A stretch of 64,000 nt of DNA. Origin: Mytilus edulis. Its lineage: Eukaryota. The stretch's first letter is position 1, and each line of letters begins with the position of its first letter. The stretch covers positions 23,808,001 through 23,872,000 of the forward strand of contig NC_092357.1 of the NCBI RefSeq assembly GCF_963676685.1, read 5' to 3'. Of the stretch, positions 14,512 to 26,069 are shown in pieces. The translations under genes and the position numbers were made by a program. Below the pieces are notes generated by a model. The model searched no databases and was not told the DNA's origin. It saw only the letters and a program-made list of their open reading frames with translations.

Positions 14512-14879
14512 TTCTGGTTGATATTTAAAAATACGTTGTATTGCCCAAAAGAATGGATATTTTTTTAAACATTTTTAATGAAATATTTACAAAATATGAA
14601 CATTTATCATTTTTAAAAAGAAATGAAGAGACAGTTGTTTAGATATAAGTTAAACGTGTTATGTGTTCCCCTACATGAGGACAAATCATGAAGCATTTCA
14701 TTTTGTATCTTTAATTCTACGTTTTCTAATTTCAATCATGCATTGGCACAATTGTTTGTTGTTTGGAAGGAGTAATCATAATAAGGATACCCATTTAGAT
14801 TTTCAATTTCACGACACAAACTTAGCAAAAACGTTTATTTGTACATGAGCAAGATACAAAAAATAAATGTACAATTTAC

Positions 14880-14954
14880 CTATATGCAGATTCATTGATG
14901 ATACATCTTTGTTGTTGCATATGGGTTTATTTATTTTAAAGGGTATGTGTTTTC
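14880..14954 (-). pseudogene. Probable exon of the UBL gene, with an apparent 1-nt frameshift
   Basis: The ATA G|GTAAAT donor (phase 1) splices in frame to the 8251 exon (..MNLHI|ATDDGRTELL). Entering in phase 0 from the 25-nt exon hits TAA unless one A is added to an A-run. Confidence 0.45.
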
Positions 14955-15055
14955 CTTTTCAAATTGTCATAATAATGCAATATGGCCGTTTTTAAATTAT
15001 TAAAGCAGGAAAAATGTTGCCATATATTAACTTGCATTTTCTAATTATACCTTAC

Positions 15056-15080
15056 ATTAGCTTCCTGGGGTTTCTTGTAT
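15056..15080 (-). CDS. 25-nt micro-exon (KYKKPQEAN) of the UBL gene
   Basis: tgtttag acceptor and GTAAGG donor; phase-2 entry matches the donor at 15166. Confidence 0.5.
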
Positions 15081-15165
15081 CTAAACATTTACCATTGTAA
15101 TCTTAGTCATCTATAGAACTTCTTACAACAATAACTCAAGAGGTCTTGTTACTCTTACGTCTTAC

Positions 15166-15733
15166 TTGACATATAGTGTGTTACTGTGTAATAAATTTTC
15201 CCATGGAACCAAATGCGTACATGAATAACATGTAAAACACTTCTTACCTTCATAGTTAGAATGCATAAAACGTTTACAAGCTCTGGAACCGATGTTATTG
15301 ATTGTTACATCTGATACATTATACAATGTATTTTTTGATATATGTTCCTCTATTGCAGAGCTTTGGACTATTTTACTTTGATCGTTAGAAGCAAGGGAAG
15401 ATGACACTAAAGAAAGGTTATTTGTAGAAAGACAGGATCCTTCATTTCGATTATTTTTTCGTTTCGCCGAAAGATATTTCAAGCGTTTACGTTTCAAATC
15501 ACTTAACAATTTCTGACTTCGTTTTTTATCCTGATGGCATCTTTTTTTTCCTGGTTTAGCAGTTTCAGTTGCCGTTGACGATTGTAAAATTGACGTTTTA
15601 ACGCCTCTAATACTTTGGTCTATGTGACCAAGTAGTGTTTCCCTTAATTCTTGAAGTTGTATGGTTATGTCCTTTCTAAAGCATCTGATTTCATCTAATA
15701 TTTGAGACTTAAATAGCATGTTGTCTGTTGTAC
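15166..15733 (-). CDS. Large N-terminal exon of the UBL gene (coiled-coil-like, basic, Cys cluster)
   Basis: Open frame MLFKSQILDEIRCFRKDITIQLQELRETLL...KRKRLKYLSAKRK...CFTCYSC between a caacag acceptor and an AA|GTAAGA donor. Confidence 0.6.
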
Positions 15734-16529
15734 CTGTTGTATAAATAAATAAAAGTAAAACAATAGTATAGTTTAGCAACATGCAATTTACTAGTGGGAG
15801 GAACAACAAATGTTCTTAGAACCTGCTGACTGCCATTAGCGATTGACATGTTTTAATCGGATCACCAGTTGGGACAACATAAATAATCGAATATCAAACC
15901 GAAGACAATATATTGCGGAAAGGATGGTTAACCACAATACAAGCTGCAAAAATGTTTACACAATATCCGGATTTTAACAACCTACATGTATGTCTCTCCA
16001 GTTATGTAAGAAACGAAACGGTATTTGTAAAGCCATATAACTTACCTCAGTTTTGGATAGACTCTTGAAATATCGATTGTTAGTATGAATGGGCCTACTT
16101 TTCTAACTATAGACTTAAAAAAACATCTCATGTAAAACATATGAGTAGATAAATACAAAATTGAGAGAAACAGATATAAGTTTTTACAATATCTGTTATT
16201 CCATGTTATAATATGTTTTGTCCGCATTGTACTGTACGTAACCAAAATATACTATTCAAACAGAAAACAAAACAAGAACATACACAATCTTGAATGTTTA
16301 TAACTGACTTTGAAAATATGTTTTTAATAAAGGAAATACGCTACCGTCTGTGTTGATTTTGATTGCTCATTCGTGGTTAACGTTAACTTTACATTTAGAG
16401 TGCATTCACTTGTAAGCCATAACTGAACCATGTTTTGATTTCAAATCTGTCTGTTGTAATCAATTAGGAAATCTATCATGTACTATCGTAAAGCATGCAG
16501 TTAAATTTGGAGTTTCTTTTCACTGAACT

Positions 16530-16686
16530 TGTATATAAATATTTGTTTAGGGGCCAGCTGAAGGACTCCTCCGGGTGCAGGAATTTATCGCTGCATTGCA
16601 GACCTGTTGGCAACCTTCTGCAGTTGTCTGTTCTATGGTCGGGTTGTTGTCTCTTTGACACATTCCCTATTCCCATTCTCAATTTA
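16530..16686 (+). mobile_element. SINE-like repeat, 3' part
   Basis: GC-richer block ending GGTCGGGTTGTTGTCTCTTTGACACATTCCCTATTCCCATTCTCAATTT, recalled as a common mollusc SINE tail; not verified by search. Confidence 0.5.
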
Positions 16687-17451
16687 AGTTAGAGTTCTTG
16701 AACCACTTCATGTACTTTCACTTTGTTTTGATTACAATGTGCAAACAAAATATAAAATGTGTGCAAATGTCCTTATCTTTGTATTTTGTCCGATAAAAGG
16801 AAATAATAAAAAAGTTAGGAAACACTGGTATAAAATCCATTTGTTGGGTAAAGCATGTCTTTTTCCAAATGCATCAACAAGAGAAAAAAAAACAAATAAA
16901 AAGCCCTAAAAAACCAACAAACAAACCATTGAAAAAAACGCATCTTAATAGGCTATTTGCCGATTCCAGTAATTGACCCTGTTATAAGACATACTTTTTT
17001 TAGTTGTCTCCTTATGGACATTTATTTTTACTTACAATGGACATGACGGAGAGCTAACAGAAAGGGAACAATTTACCTGAGCATAATGTGAGTAATCTAT
17101 ACGGTTTTAAAATCTTTTAATTTGTTGTTTAGCTAAATACTTTTGACATCAGAAATTATTTTTCATGAAAAAATTAGTTAAACCGCAGATACATCACTTT
17201 CAATTCACTATGCTTTGCATTGGAGACAGCCAATTTTGTCCGGTATGGAACCAGTCTACGATTGACAAAGGGAAGTAATTTGCTTAAAAAGTGTGTAATA
17301 ACAGAAACAAATCTGTAATTGACAAATGGACTATTATATCATATTTATAATCATCATGTTTGAATATCTTATGATATAGATAAAGAAACAACAAATCTTC
17401 GTCACTCACTAATAAGGATTCAAATGCTACTTATAGCTTTATTCGATTTAT

Positions 17452-17990
17452 TGTCCTTGGGCCGATCGTAACCCGAATTTGACCTATATCGAGCATATAT
17501 GGGACACTATTGAGCGTAACGTGCTCAAAAGGACACCCCCCTTCAAACACGTCATAAAATAAACAATACCCTTCGTTAGAAATGGTTGCTGCTATATTAG
17601 CAACTAATTATTCGACTTATGGCAGAAATCGGTAGACGTTAAGATGCGGTTATCCGTTAAAATGGAGGCTGCTCACAAAGTACTATTTCTATGGCGTATA
17701 ACAATCATCCATGATGTCAACAATCATCTAAAGATTAATTTTGAAATGTCTGACATTGTAAAAGTAGTAAAATGCTTTTTTTGGACCATAAACACCTCAT
17801 TTTGTTATAAAAATTTTGGTTAGATAAAACATTTGTTTTCATACATTTTTTGTTCGTTTTAATGCCAATGTAATTATTAACTACGTTTCAATATTATTTT
17901 ACAAATATTTTATTATATTCCATCCAAAATAAGAGGCTGATGTTTCTAGTTTTAATAAATCAAGGTGTTGCAATACTTTTTCAATGTGTA
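17452..17990 (+). mobile_element. Degenerate Tc1/mariner 3' remnant
   Basis: Translates as PWADRNPNLTYIEHIWDTIERNV (cf. WPSxSPDLNPIEHxW), then LIIRL...RR*DAVIR*NGG (cf. LIxSMxRRCxAVIxAxGG). Ends in a TIR-like ...TGTG followed by TATA. Confidence 0.75.
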
Positions 17991-19813
17991 TATATTGTGT
18001 GATCTATCCACTTTACCAAATATTGCTCAGGTCTATTGTATGTTAGATGGAATTATTCAGTCAGATTTGCCTGAACCTTTTCGTACTCATCCCTTTACAA
18101 ATACTTTGTCAAAGAAATAGGTTGATGCAAAAGGAATAGCTGTTCTTCATGAGCTTTTATGTCTTTTCTGACATCATGCGTTCTTGTCAGGTTGTGTTCG
18201 ATTTTATTTGTTTCTGTCTTTGTCTTTTTCTAGCTTTGCTGGCCTTTAATATGTGGCGTAGTTTGTAAATTATTTAGTTTATTTGGTATATTTTCATTTT
18301 ATCCGACATTTTTTTTTTTTGGACAATTTCGAAACTATTGATTGACGATTTTTAATTTCGGTAGAAACAGAATGACAACTTTTTCTATTACAGCTCATCA
18401 CTTATCTCTACATTTCCTTTGATGGGTTGATTTGAAATGCATATATAAGTAAGCAATACATGTGGTTATCAGACTTGATAGATTCTTTTTGTGCTTCTTT
18501 GTTTAACATATTTGTTTGTTTTGAGATAGAGACACAGGGATTACTGCTGTACCAATATTGTGACAATGTTACCTACTATGTCTGTGGCGGTTATAATGGA
18601 ATATGATGCGACTGTCATACAAGTGAGAGCTTTAGCGCTATAAATCCAAATTCAATCCACCATTTTCTACATTTGAAAATGCCTGTGATATGTCAGGAAT
18701 ATGACAGTTGTCCATTCGTTTTATGTATTTTAGCCATTAATTGTGGAATTTTTCCGCGGAAATTAAATTTTTGTGATTTTACTCTTTACCTTAAATACTT
18801 TGGTTGAAGAAAATTTTCAAATAAAGACAAAACAAGTTAGGCACGAAAAGTCTATAAATCTGGAAAAAATCCTCACCAGCAATTATAAAAAATATTGTTT
18901 TACTTACTTTGCTGATTATCTGGTTTGTATATGTTCTATAAGAATAAACAAAAGTATGCTATTCATAAAGACAGAAATGGTCGACTATTTAAAACAAAGA
19001 AAGCATAAGTTTAAAATCAAGATGCAAGCTACCTTTGAAAAGTAAGTTTCGGTCTGAAAAGATTCATTTTCAATTAAACAACATTATATACATTACATTA
19101 TTATAGAAGTGAAAGAAAGCAGTACTATTTAAAATATAGCTACAGTAGGAGTGCAATCAAAATAAAAAAGAAAGGTATTACCGTATATATGCCAAATTAT
19201 CAGTATTTAGTATTTTGTAAATAATGTTATGCCAGAGGACAAAAGAATTAGTTTTCCGAATTATTACCATGTACACACAAACAAGTCTGTTTCATATTGA
19301 TATCTGTTGTGAAAATATTTTGGAATATTAAAGAACATTGTGTTCAATTAGAATAGAACTTTAAAACAGTAAATGAAATGTTATGTAAGCATTTTACATA
19401 AACATTGATGAAAACGTGTATCTATGATCACACAATTTCAGCTGCACCATCTAGGAATAATACTCTCGTCTTAATTAAAAAGAATAATAAAACATGTTAT
19501 TCCACTGCGTGTTGATTGTGAAAGCGAACTACACACTTTATTGGTTGAAACTATTCCACTTGACATCTTACAAAACGTTTTATTCCACTGTTTATGCATA
19601 TCGTTACTTTAAACAATATTTGACTATACCACGTGTCATTGAACAAATTATATTGCACTCCAGTTCAAATGCCGACGTTAGAACTTGTAACAAATTTTAA
19701 ATCCGTATTGCTTATTAATGTGTATGTCGTGTTAAGTTTAAAAAATAAGCGGATTAAAAAAATATAATGTGTAGAAATCAATATGTTATGTTCAGCATAT
19801 GGGCAATGCAATA

Positions 19814-19958
19814 AAACATTCATTTCCCTTGGCATCGAGAAATACGAATATTTGCGCACCCTCGAAAATCATATTCCCTCGGGCATAGCCCTCGTGAAAT
19901 ATGAATATTCTGGTGAACAAATCTTCATATCTCCCTCATGCACGGGAAATTAATGTAT
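19814..19958. repeat. ~145-bp palindromic interspersed repeat, copy 1
   Basis: Arms ACATTCATTTCCC..ATATT / AATAT..GGGAAATTAATGT around GCCCTCGTGAAATATGAATATT; homologous copy at 31018-31161. Confidence 0.65.
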
Positions 19959-21009
19959 ATTTTTCCATTCTAGTTATCTTGTTCCTTTTCAACGTTGGGA
20001 TTGCCTAGTTTGAAGTTATCCGCGGTGAAACGTTTTGATCATCTCTTAAATATAGTAAATTAATTTCGTTTTCAGAATTATTTTAGATCTGAAATTATAC
20101 AGAAATGAATAAATAATCAAATTTTATTCGGTATTGAATATCATTTTCCTTGGGTTAAGTAGATATGAAGGTTCGTGTCTCGAATTGTCATATTTCGCTC
20201 CGGTAATGTCCACTAGAAGTATTTTTTTTTAATTTCTTTATATTTTTCACGGTTCCATTTGTTACTTTTTTCTTTCTTATTCGTTAGTTTCTGTGTGTAA
20301 TGTTGCTTTTAGTTTTAAAACAAATGTGCCCGAGTCATTTTTCTAATGTTTGTCAGTTTTTTGGTAGAAATTTCTCTCTTAGTACTAAGTATTTGGTACA
20401 AACAATGATTAACCTCAAACTTGTTTAGTATAAATGATGCAGACTTTTTATTGACAAATCTACTAAATCAGAGAATCTGTTTAAGAGATTTGATTTTGTA
20501 AAATGCTTGGTCAAAAGGGATTTTATAAATCACTTAACAGTTCATTAATTATACATAGTCACTAATTTTAACAACTTCACTATAACAATTATAAAAAATG
20601 TGTTTTATCTTTTTTTCAAGTCAGAAGTTTGATGTGAATATGAATTGAAGCGAGCAAATTATTGTCATGGCTTTAATGAGTTCAAATCTCATGCTAATAA
20701 AAACTCGTCACGGATATATAAAACTGTAATCAATCATTTTGTAACTACATCGATAAAACTAGATAATAGCGAAATGGAGTTGCTACGAAGTGGAATAGGA
20801 AGAGCTAAATATCAATTTCAGAATTGTCGTATGTTTTAACACAAGTATGTACATTGATTACTTGACGACACAAACATTTTAAATACGGATTGTACAGTAA
20901 TATCTAATTGTTAAGTTTATTTCAATTCTTATAATTTTTTAACACTTTTGTTTATTTCCATCAATCAATAAACTTATCATTTATACCAGGACTAAATTTT
21001 GTATGTACC

Positions 21010-21053
21010 CCAGACGCGTGTTTCGTCTAAAACAGACTCATCAGGGACGCTCA
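21010..21053 (-). ncRNA. Minimal type I hammerhead ribozyme motif in a retrozyme fragment
   Basis: Reverse strand reads GCGTCC CTGATGA GTCT GTTTT AGAC GAAA CACGC GTC TGG; core intact, stem I imperfect. Confidence 0.7.
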
Positions 21054-23634
21054 AATCCAAGCATTTACATGACAAAAATACAATATGAGACATGTAAGGT
21101 GATTGTTATTATAAATACATCTCGTTTCAAACAATCTAACATATTCTTCTTGCATTTGTCATTTGTAGGATGTCATTCATACAGTTCATGACTGTAACAG
21201 ATTTCTGAGTAATTGAAAAGTACATACTGGGTAATTAGCTGCCAACAAATAATTTACGAATTGATAAGACAATAAGGGACAGAAAATATATATGGCTTTC
21301 ATATTGTATTATACATCATAATCATATTTGACATATCATGTATAAGGAATATATATGTATATCATCGCATATTAGCTACCTTGGTTTCGTATGTGTTGTA
21401 CGATCGCTTTTTCATCAAATCTTCAAATAATGAAGACCTATCATTCATCCCATCATATAAATCCGGATATGAATGCCCTACAAAATTAAAGATATTCAAA
21501 ACTTGTAAATGATAGTTGATATTAGAGGCAAATATATTTTAAGGAAACAAAGTATACACATTCATTATAAGATGGTGAATATAAATGTCGTTATTCCTGC
21601 AAATCATACGGATGTGTTGGCTTATAATATATACTATTAATACTCAAATGAAATTGAGTAGCTTGCATTGATATCGAATAAACCAACATGACAAAACTAT
21701 CCATTAAGGACACAAATGTAGGTTATTATACGGCCATCAAAAATGAGTAAGACCAATACCGTATTTTCAGCTATGAAATGCCCAAAAATGACAAATAATA
21801 AAAAAAAAAAAAAGGAATAGTAGTATACGGGTGTTCAAACATCGATTTAGAGAATACAAAGCCACAAAAACAATTCAAACGGGAAAACTAACGGCTTGAT
21901 TAATGTGTGAAGTAAAATAATATGATTATTAGCAATAAACAACAACTACATAACAAACACCTGACTTTGATGCACATACAAATGTTGATAAGTTAGATAT
22001 TTATCTCTAATGAAATATCGTTACGTTTCATTTACATATTCACATGTGTAAACGGAAATCAATGAATTTGATCATTACCTTATTGAACCGAAATGAATAT
22101 AAGCTTTATTTTGTGAAGGGGTGGAAAATAGTGATTTCAGAAACAAATTTTTGAAGGAAACGAATTCAATGATTCATTTGTACAGTTATCTATCAATAAG
22201 AATATCATTAATCAACTGGTAAACCTATAAACTTATAACAAAATAAGGATTGTTTTACGTTTTTTTTAAATACGAAACAAACGTAAGAACAAAACGAAAT
22301 TAAAAGCGTGCTATAGAAAATTGATTGGAACTGAGAGATGGGATGTTAATGATATGTTGATGAGATGTTAAAAGATATCTAAATATTCTTCTGGTACACA
22401 TATATATGTTTATTCCGGTTAAACATGTAAATCGACATATTATTGCATTTAACCTGTTTGATAGACAACAATCTCGCCCTTTTAATATCAGACTAGTTCT
22501 TATACTGCAATTAATCACAGTGTATGTCTAAATTCATTGAAAATGAAAAATACAGTGCAACGCGTGTCTGATGTATATACAAAATTTAATCCTGGTATCT
22601 ATAATGAGTTTATTGATTATAATACAATTCTCCCCTAGAGATAGAGAAATCATTTGAACTTGAATAGTCAATTGTGCTGCACCCACTCGATAGCCGTGGT
22701 CAATATGTAGTACACAGTGGTTTCAATACAAGATATACCACTTACTTTTGACTACCAAATATTTCTTGAAAAGAATAAAATTTGCACAAAACACTCTTAA
22801 TACTTTTTTAATATGCAATCAGAAACGATTAAACACATATTCATGCTATGTGAAAAAGTGCATATTCTGATTAAATTTTTTTGATACATTGACTCCACAG
22901 TACATATAACACATAACTATAACTGTGAAACTTTTTGATATAAGAAACTGTATTGTACAAATAATATGTGCATTGTATTAGATATTATATATATTCAAGT
23001 CTGTGTAAGAGTGTTCTTCCATTTATTTGTACTGTGTCACTGAAATGTTGTCATTTTAGCAGTATATCTAACATTACTCTAAAGCCCAATGTTTAAGTAG
23101 CCTTAAAAACAGATTCTATCAACTATTTATTTTATCAAAATGTCCTGTACCAATTACGGAATATGGCATTTGTTATTTAGAAGTTCGTTTCGATGTATAC
23201 TGCATTATCGTTGCTTTTTGTTGCACTTCAATATCTCTTTTGTTGCGTTGCTTTCCTTTAATAGTTGATGTGTCTGATCTCGGTTTTACTTTAAAAAAAA
23301 AAAAAAAAAAAAAGGATTTGATTTTTGTCAATCGATTTTTGACTTTTAGACGACAGAGAATACTACTGTCGCTTTTACTAGAAAAAAAGTTCTATCACGA
23401 CAGGTGCTAAAACGGGTAATTGATTTGTATTGTACCGAAACAAACCTGAGGCTATCTACTAACAAACACAAGAACAGTTGGAGAGAAATTGAAATAACTT
23501 GCACTCTGGGTTTATGCTGGAGAATATGCACATACGTTTCGTTAAGTATCATTTTCTTGTTCAAAACGATTTTTTAAAAATAAAATAAAAAATAAACACT
23601 TTATTTTCATACAATAGAGATAATTAATTAAATG

Positions 23635-24214
23635 AACTCATCAAAGATACTAGGATTGAATTTTTTATTCACGCAAGACGCACGTTTAGTCTATCCAATC
23701 GACAAAAGTTAAAAAGGTCAAATAAAGTACGAGGTTGAAGGGCATTAAGGACAATAATTCCTAAAATTTTGCCAAATATAGCTAAGGTTTGTTATTCCTA
23801 AGTAGAAAAGCTTGAGTATTTTCAAAATTTCAAAAGTTTTGTTAACAGTTAATTTATAGATATGACCATATCAATGATAACTCATGTCAGTGCAGATGCA
23901 CTGACTACTTGGTTGGTGATAAACTAGGGAAAGAAAAACTCCACCAGCAGTGGCATCCACCCAGTGGTTGTAAATAAACTCATCAACGATACCAGTATCA
24001 AATTTTTATTTTAAGCTTGACGCCTGTTTTGTCTACAAAAAAAACTCGTCAGTGACGCTAGGATTCAACATAGTAACAAAGGCCAAATTAAGTACGAAGA
24101 TGAAGAGCATTGGGAACCAAAATTCCTCAAAAGTTTTCCAAAACAGATAAAGTTATATATTCTTGAAATAGAAAAGCCTTAGTATTTCAAACATTCTAAA
24201 GTTTTGTAAACAGT
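23635..24214 (-). repeat. Degenerate ~342-bp tandem repeat of retrozyme type (about 1.7 units)
   Basis: Unit starts AACTCATCAA.GATAC at 23635 and 23977. A decayed hammerhead lies at ~24017-24059 on the minus strand (CTGACGA present, GAAA mutated). Flanks match those of the intact hammerheads at 21010 and 44190. Confidence 0.7.
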
Positions 24215-25768
24215 TTGATGGATTCAGTCGAGGATTATGCCAGGCAATGGGCTAAGCGCGAGAAGGAAGACGTAGATACTCTTTCCGAATGGATTAAGGC
24301 AGTGAGGTCGTTGATACAAATCAGAATTAAGAAACTGAATGGGTCCATCAATAACCATGCTACGTCAATCTTTAAAGACCCAAATGTTGCAAAACACCTA
24401 TCCGACCTCCATGACAAATATGTTGTTGTCCCTGTAGATAAAGCCCCAAATAACATCGTTTTTGTGTGTAAAAGTCACTACATCAACTGCTTGATAAACG
24501 AGTTAGGTATTGACAATTCACTTGTTAACTCAACATATACCCTCACGACACTTACCAAAGAGGAAATCCTGGATAATCATAGGTCTGTTCTATGTTCCTT
24601 TGGAATTTCAACCAAAGATGAAGAACTGGATCTTCCATCACTGTATTGGATACCTAAACTACATAAGTGTCCTTACAAACAACGGTATATTGCTGGGTCT
24701 TCCAAGTGCTCCACGAAACCTCTTTCTAAATTATTAACATCTATTTTATCAGCAATCAAAGACGGGCTTCAAAGTTATTGTGAAACTGCCTATTCTAGAG
24801 GTGGCGTGAATCAGATGTGGATACTTAAAAATTCAAAAGATCTTTTAGAGTACATACAATCTAACTCTCTTTCATCTTGTAACAGTATTAAAACATTTGA
24901 CTTTTCTACCCTATACACAAGTATTCCACATTCCAAACTAAAAGACAAATTGAAAGAGTTGATATTACTTTGCTTCATAAAAAAGAATGGCCAACGTAGA
25001 TACAAGTATCTTGTCTTAGGGAGGGATAAATCCTACTTTGTAAAGAATCACTCTGATTCAAACAAAAAATTCTCTGAAACTGATATTATCAAGATGCTTG
25101 ATTTCTTGATTGACAACATATTTGTTACGTTCGGAGGACGTGTTTTTCAACAGGCTGTCGGCATTCCAATGGGAACAAACTGTGCCCCTCTACTCGCCGA
25201 CTTGTTTCTTTATTATTATGAGGCTGACTTCATGCAGGAACTTGTTAGGAAGAAAGATAAGAAGTTAGCAATATCCTTTAACTCTACTTTCCGCTATATA
25301 GATGATGTTCTTTCTCTAAACAATTCAAAATTTGGTGACTATGTGGAACGCATCTATCCAATCGAACTAGAGATAAAGGATACTACAGATACAGTTAAGT
25401 CGGCTTCATATCTTGACTTACATCTAGAAATTGACAATGAGGGTCGTTTGAAAACAAAACTTTACGACAAAAGAGATGATTTCAGCTTTCCAATTGTGAA
25501 CTTTCCATTTCTAAGTAGCAACATTCCAGCAGCACCTGCATACGGGGTATATATCTCCCAATTGATACGATATTCCCGTGCTTGCATTTCCTATCATGAT
25601 TTTCTTGATAGAGGTTTGCTGCTCACAAGGAAGCTATTAAACCAAGAGTTCCAAATGGTGAAGTTGAAATCATCCCTTCGTAAATTTTACGGACGCCATC
25701 ACGAGTTGGTTGACCGTTATGGAATAAGCGTTTCACAAATGATATCGGATATGTTCCTTACGTCGTAA
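24215..25768 (+). CDS. Penelope-like reverse transcriptase, N-terminally truncated (517 aa open)
   Basis: Motifs DKAPNN, YWIPKLHK, FDFSTLYT, GIPMGTNCAP, RYIDD, SYLDL, YDKRDDF; stops after the thumb with no GIY-YIG. Confidence 0.9.
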   Translation: MMDSVEDYARQWAKREKEDVDTLSEWIKAVRSLIQIRIKKLNGSINNHATSIFKDPNVAKHLSDLHDKYVVVPVDKAPNNIVFVCKSHYINCLINELGIDNSLVNSTYTLTTLTKEEILDNHRSVLCSFGISTKDEELDLPSLYWIPKLHKCPYKQRYIAGSSKCSTKPLSKLLTSILSAIKDGLQSYCETAYSRGGVNQMWILKNSKDLLEYIQSNSLSSCNSIKTFDFSTLYTSIPHSKLKDKLKELILLCFIKKNGQRRYKYLVLGRDKSYFVKNHSDSNKKFSETDIIKMLDFLIDNIFVTFGGRVFQQAVGIPMGTNCAPLLADLFLYYYEADFMQELVRKKDKKLAISFNSTFRYIDDVLSLNNSKFGDYVERIYPIELEIKDTTDTVKSASYLDLHLEIDNEGRLKTKLYDKRDDFSFPIVNFPFLSSNIPAAPAYGVYISQLIRYSRACISYHDFLDRGLLLTRKLLNQEFQMVKLKSSLRKFYGRHHELVDRYGISVSQMISDMFLTS

Positions 25769-26069
25769 CTACAATCCCCTTCCCTTTTATGAATATGACC
25801 TACCGAATTAGACTATTTACCGGATTTGTAATCACTTAAGCAACACGACGGGTGCCACATGTGGAGCAGGATCTGCTTACCCTTCCGGAGCACCTGAGAT
25901 CACCCCTAGTTTTTGGTGGGGTTCGTGTTGTTTATTCTTTAGTTTTCTATGTTGTGTCGTGTGTACTATTGCTTTTCTGTTTGTCTTTTTTATTTTTAGC
26001 CATGGCGTTGTCAGTTTGTTTTAGATTTATGAGTTTGACTGTCCCTTTGGTATCTTTCGTCCCTCTTTT
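24215..26069 (+). mobile_element. 5'-truncated Penelope-like retroelement without a C-terminal endonuclease (Naiad-like)
   Basis: Open RT frame starts exactly at the junction with the host repeat. A ~300-bp 3' tail ends GGTATCTTTCGTCCCTCTTTT, and related tails occur elsewhere in the window. Confidence 0.85.
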
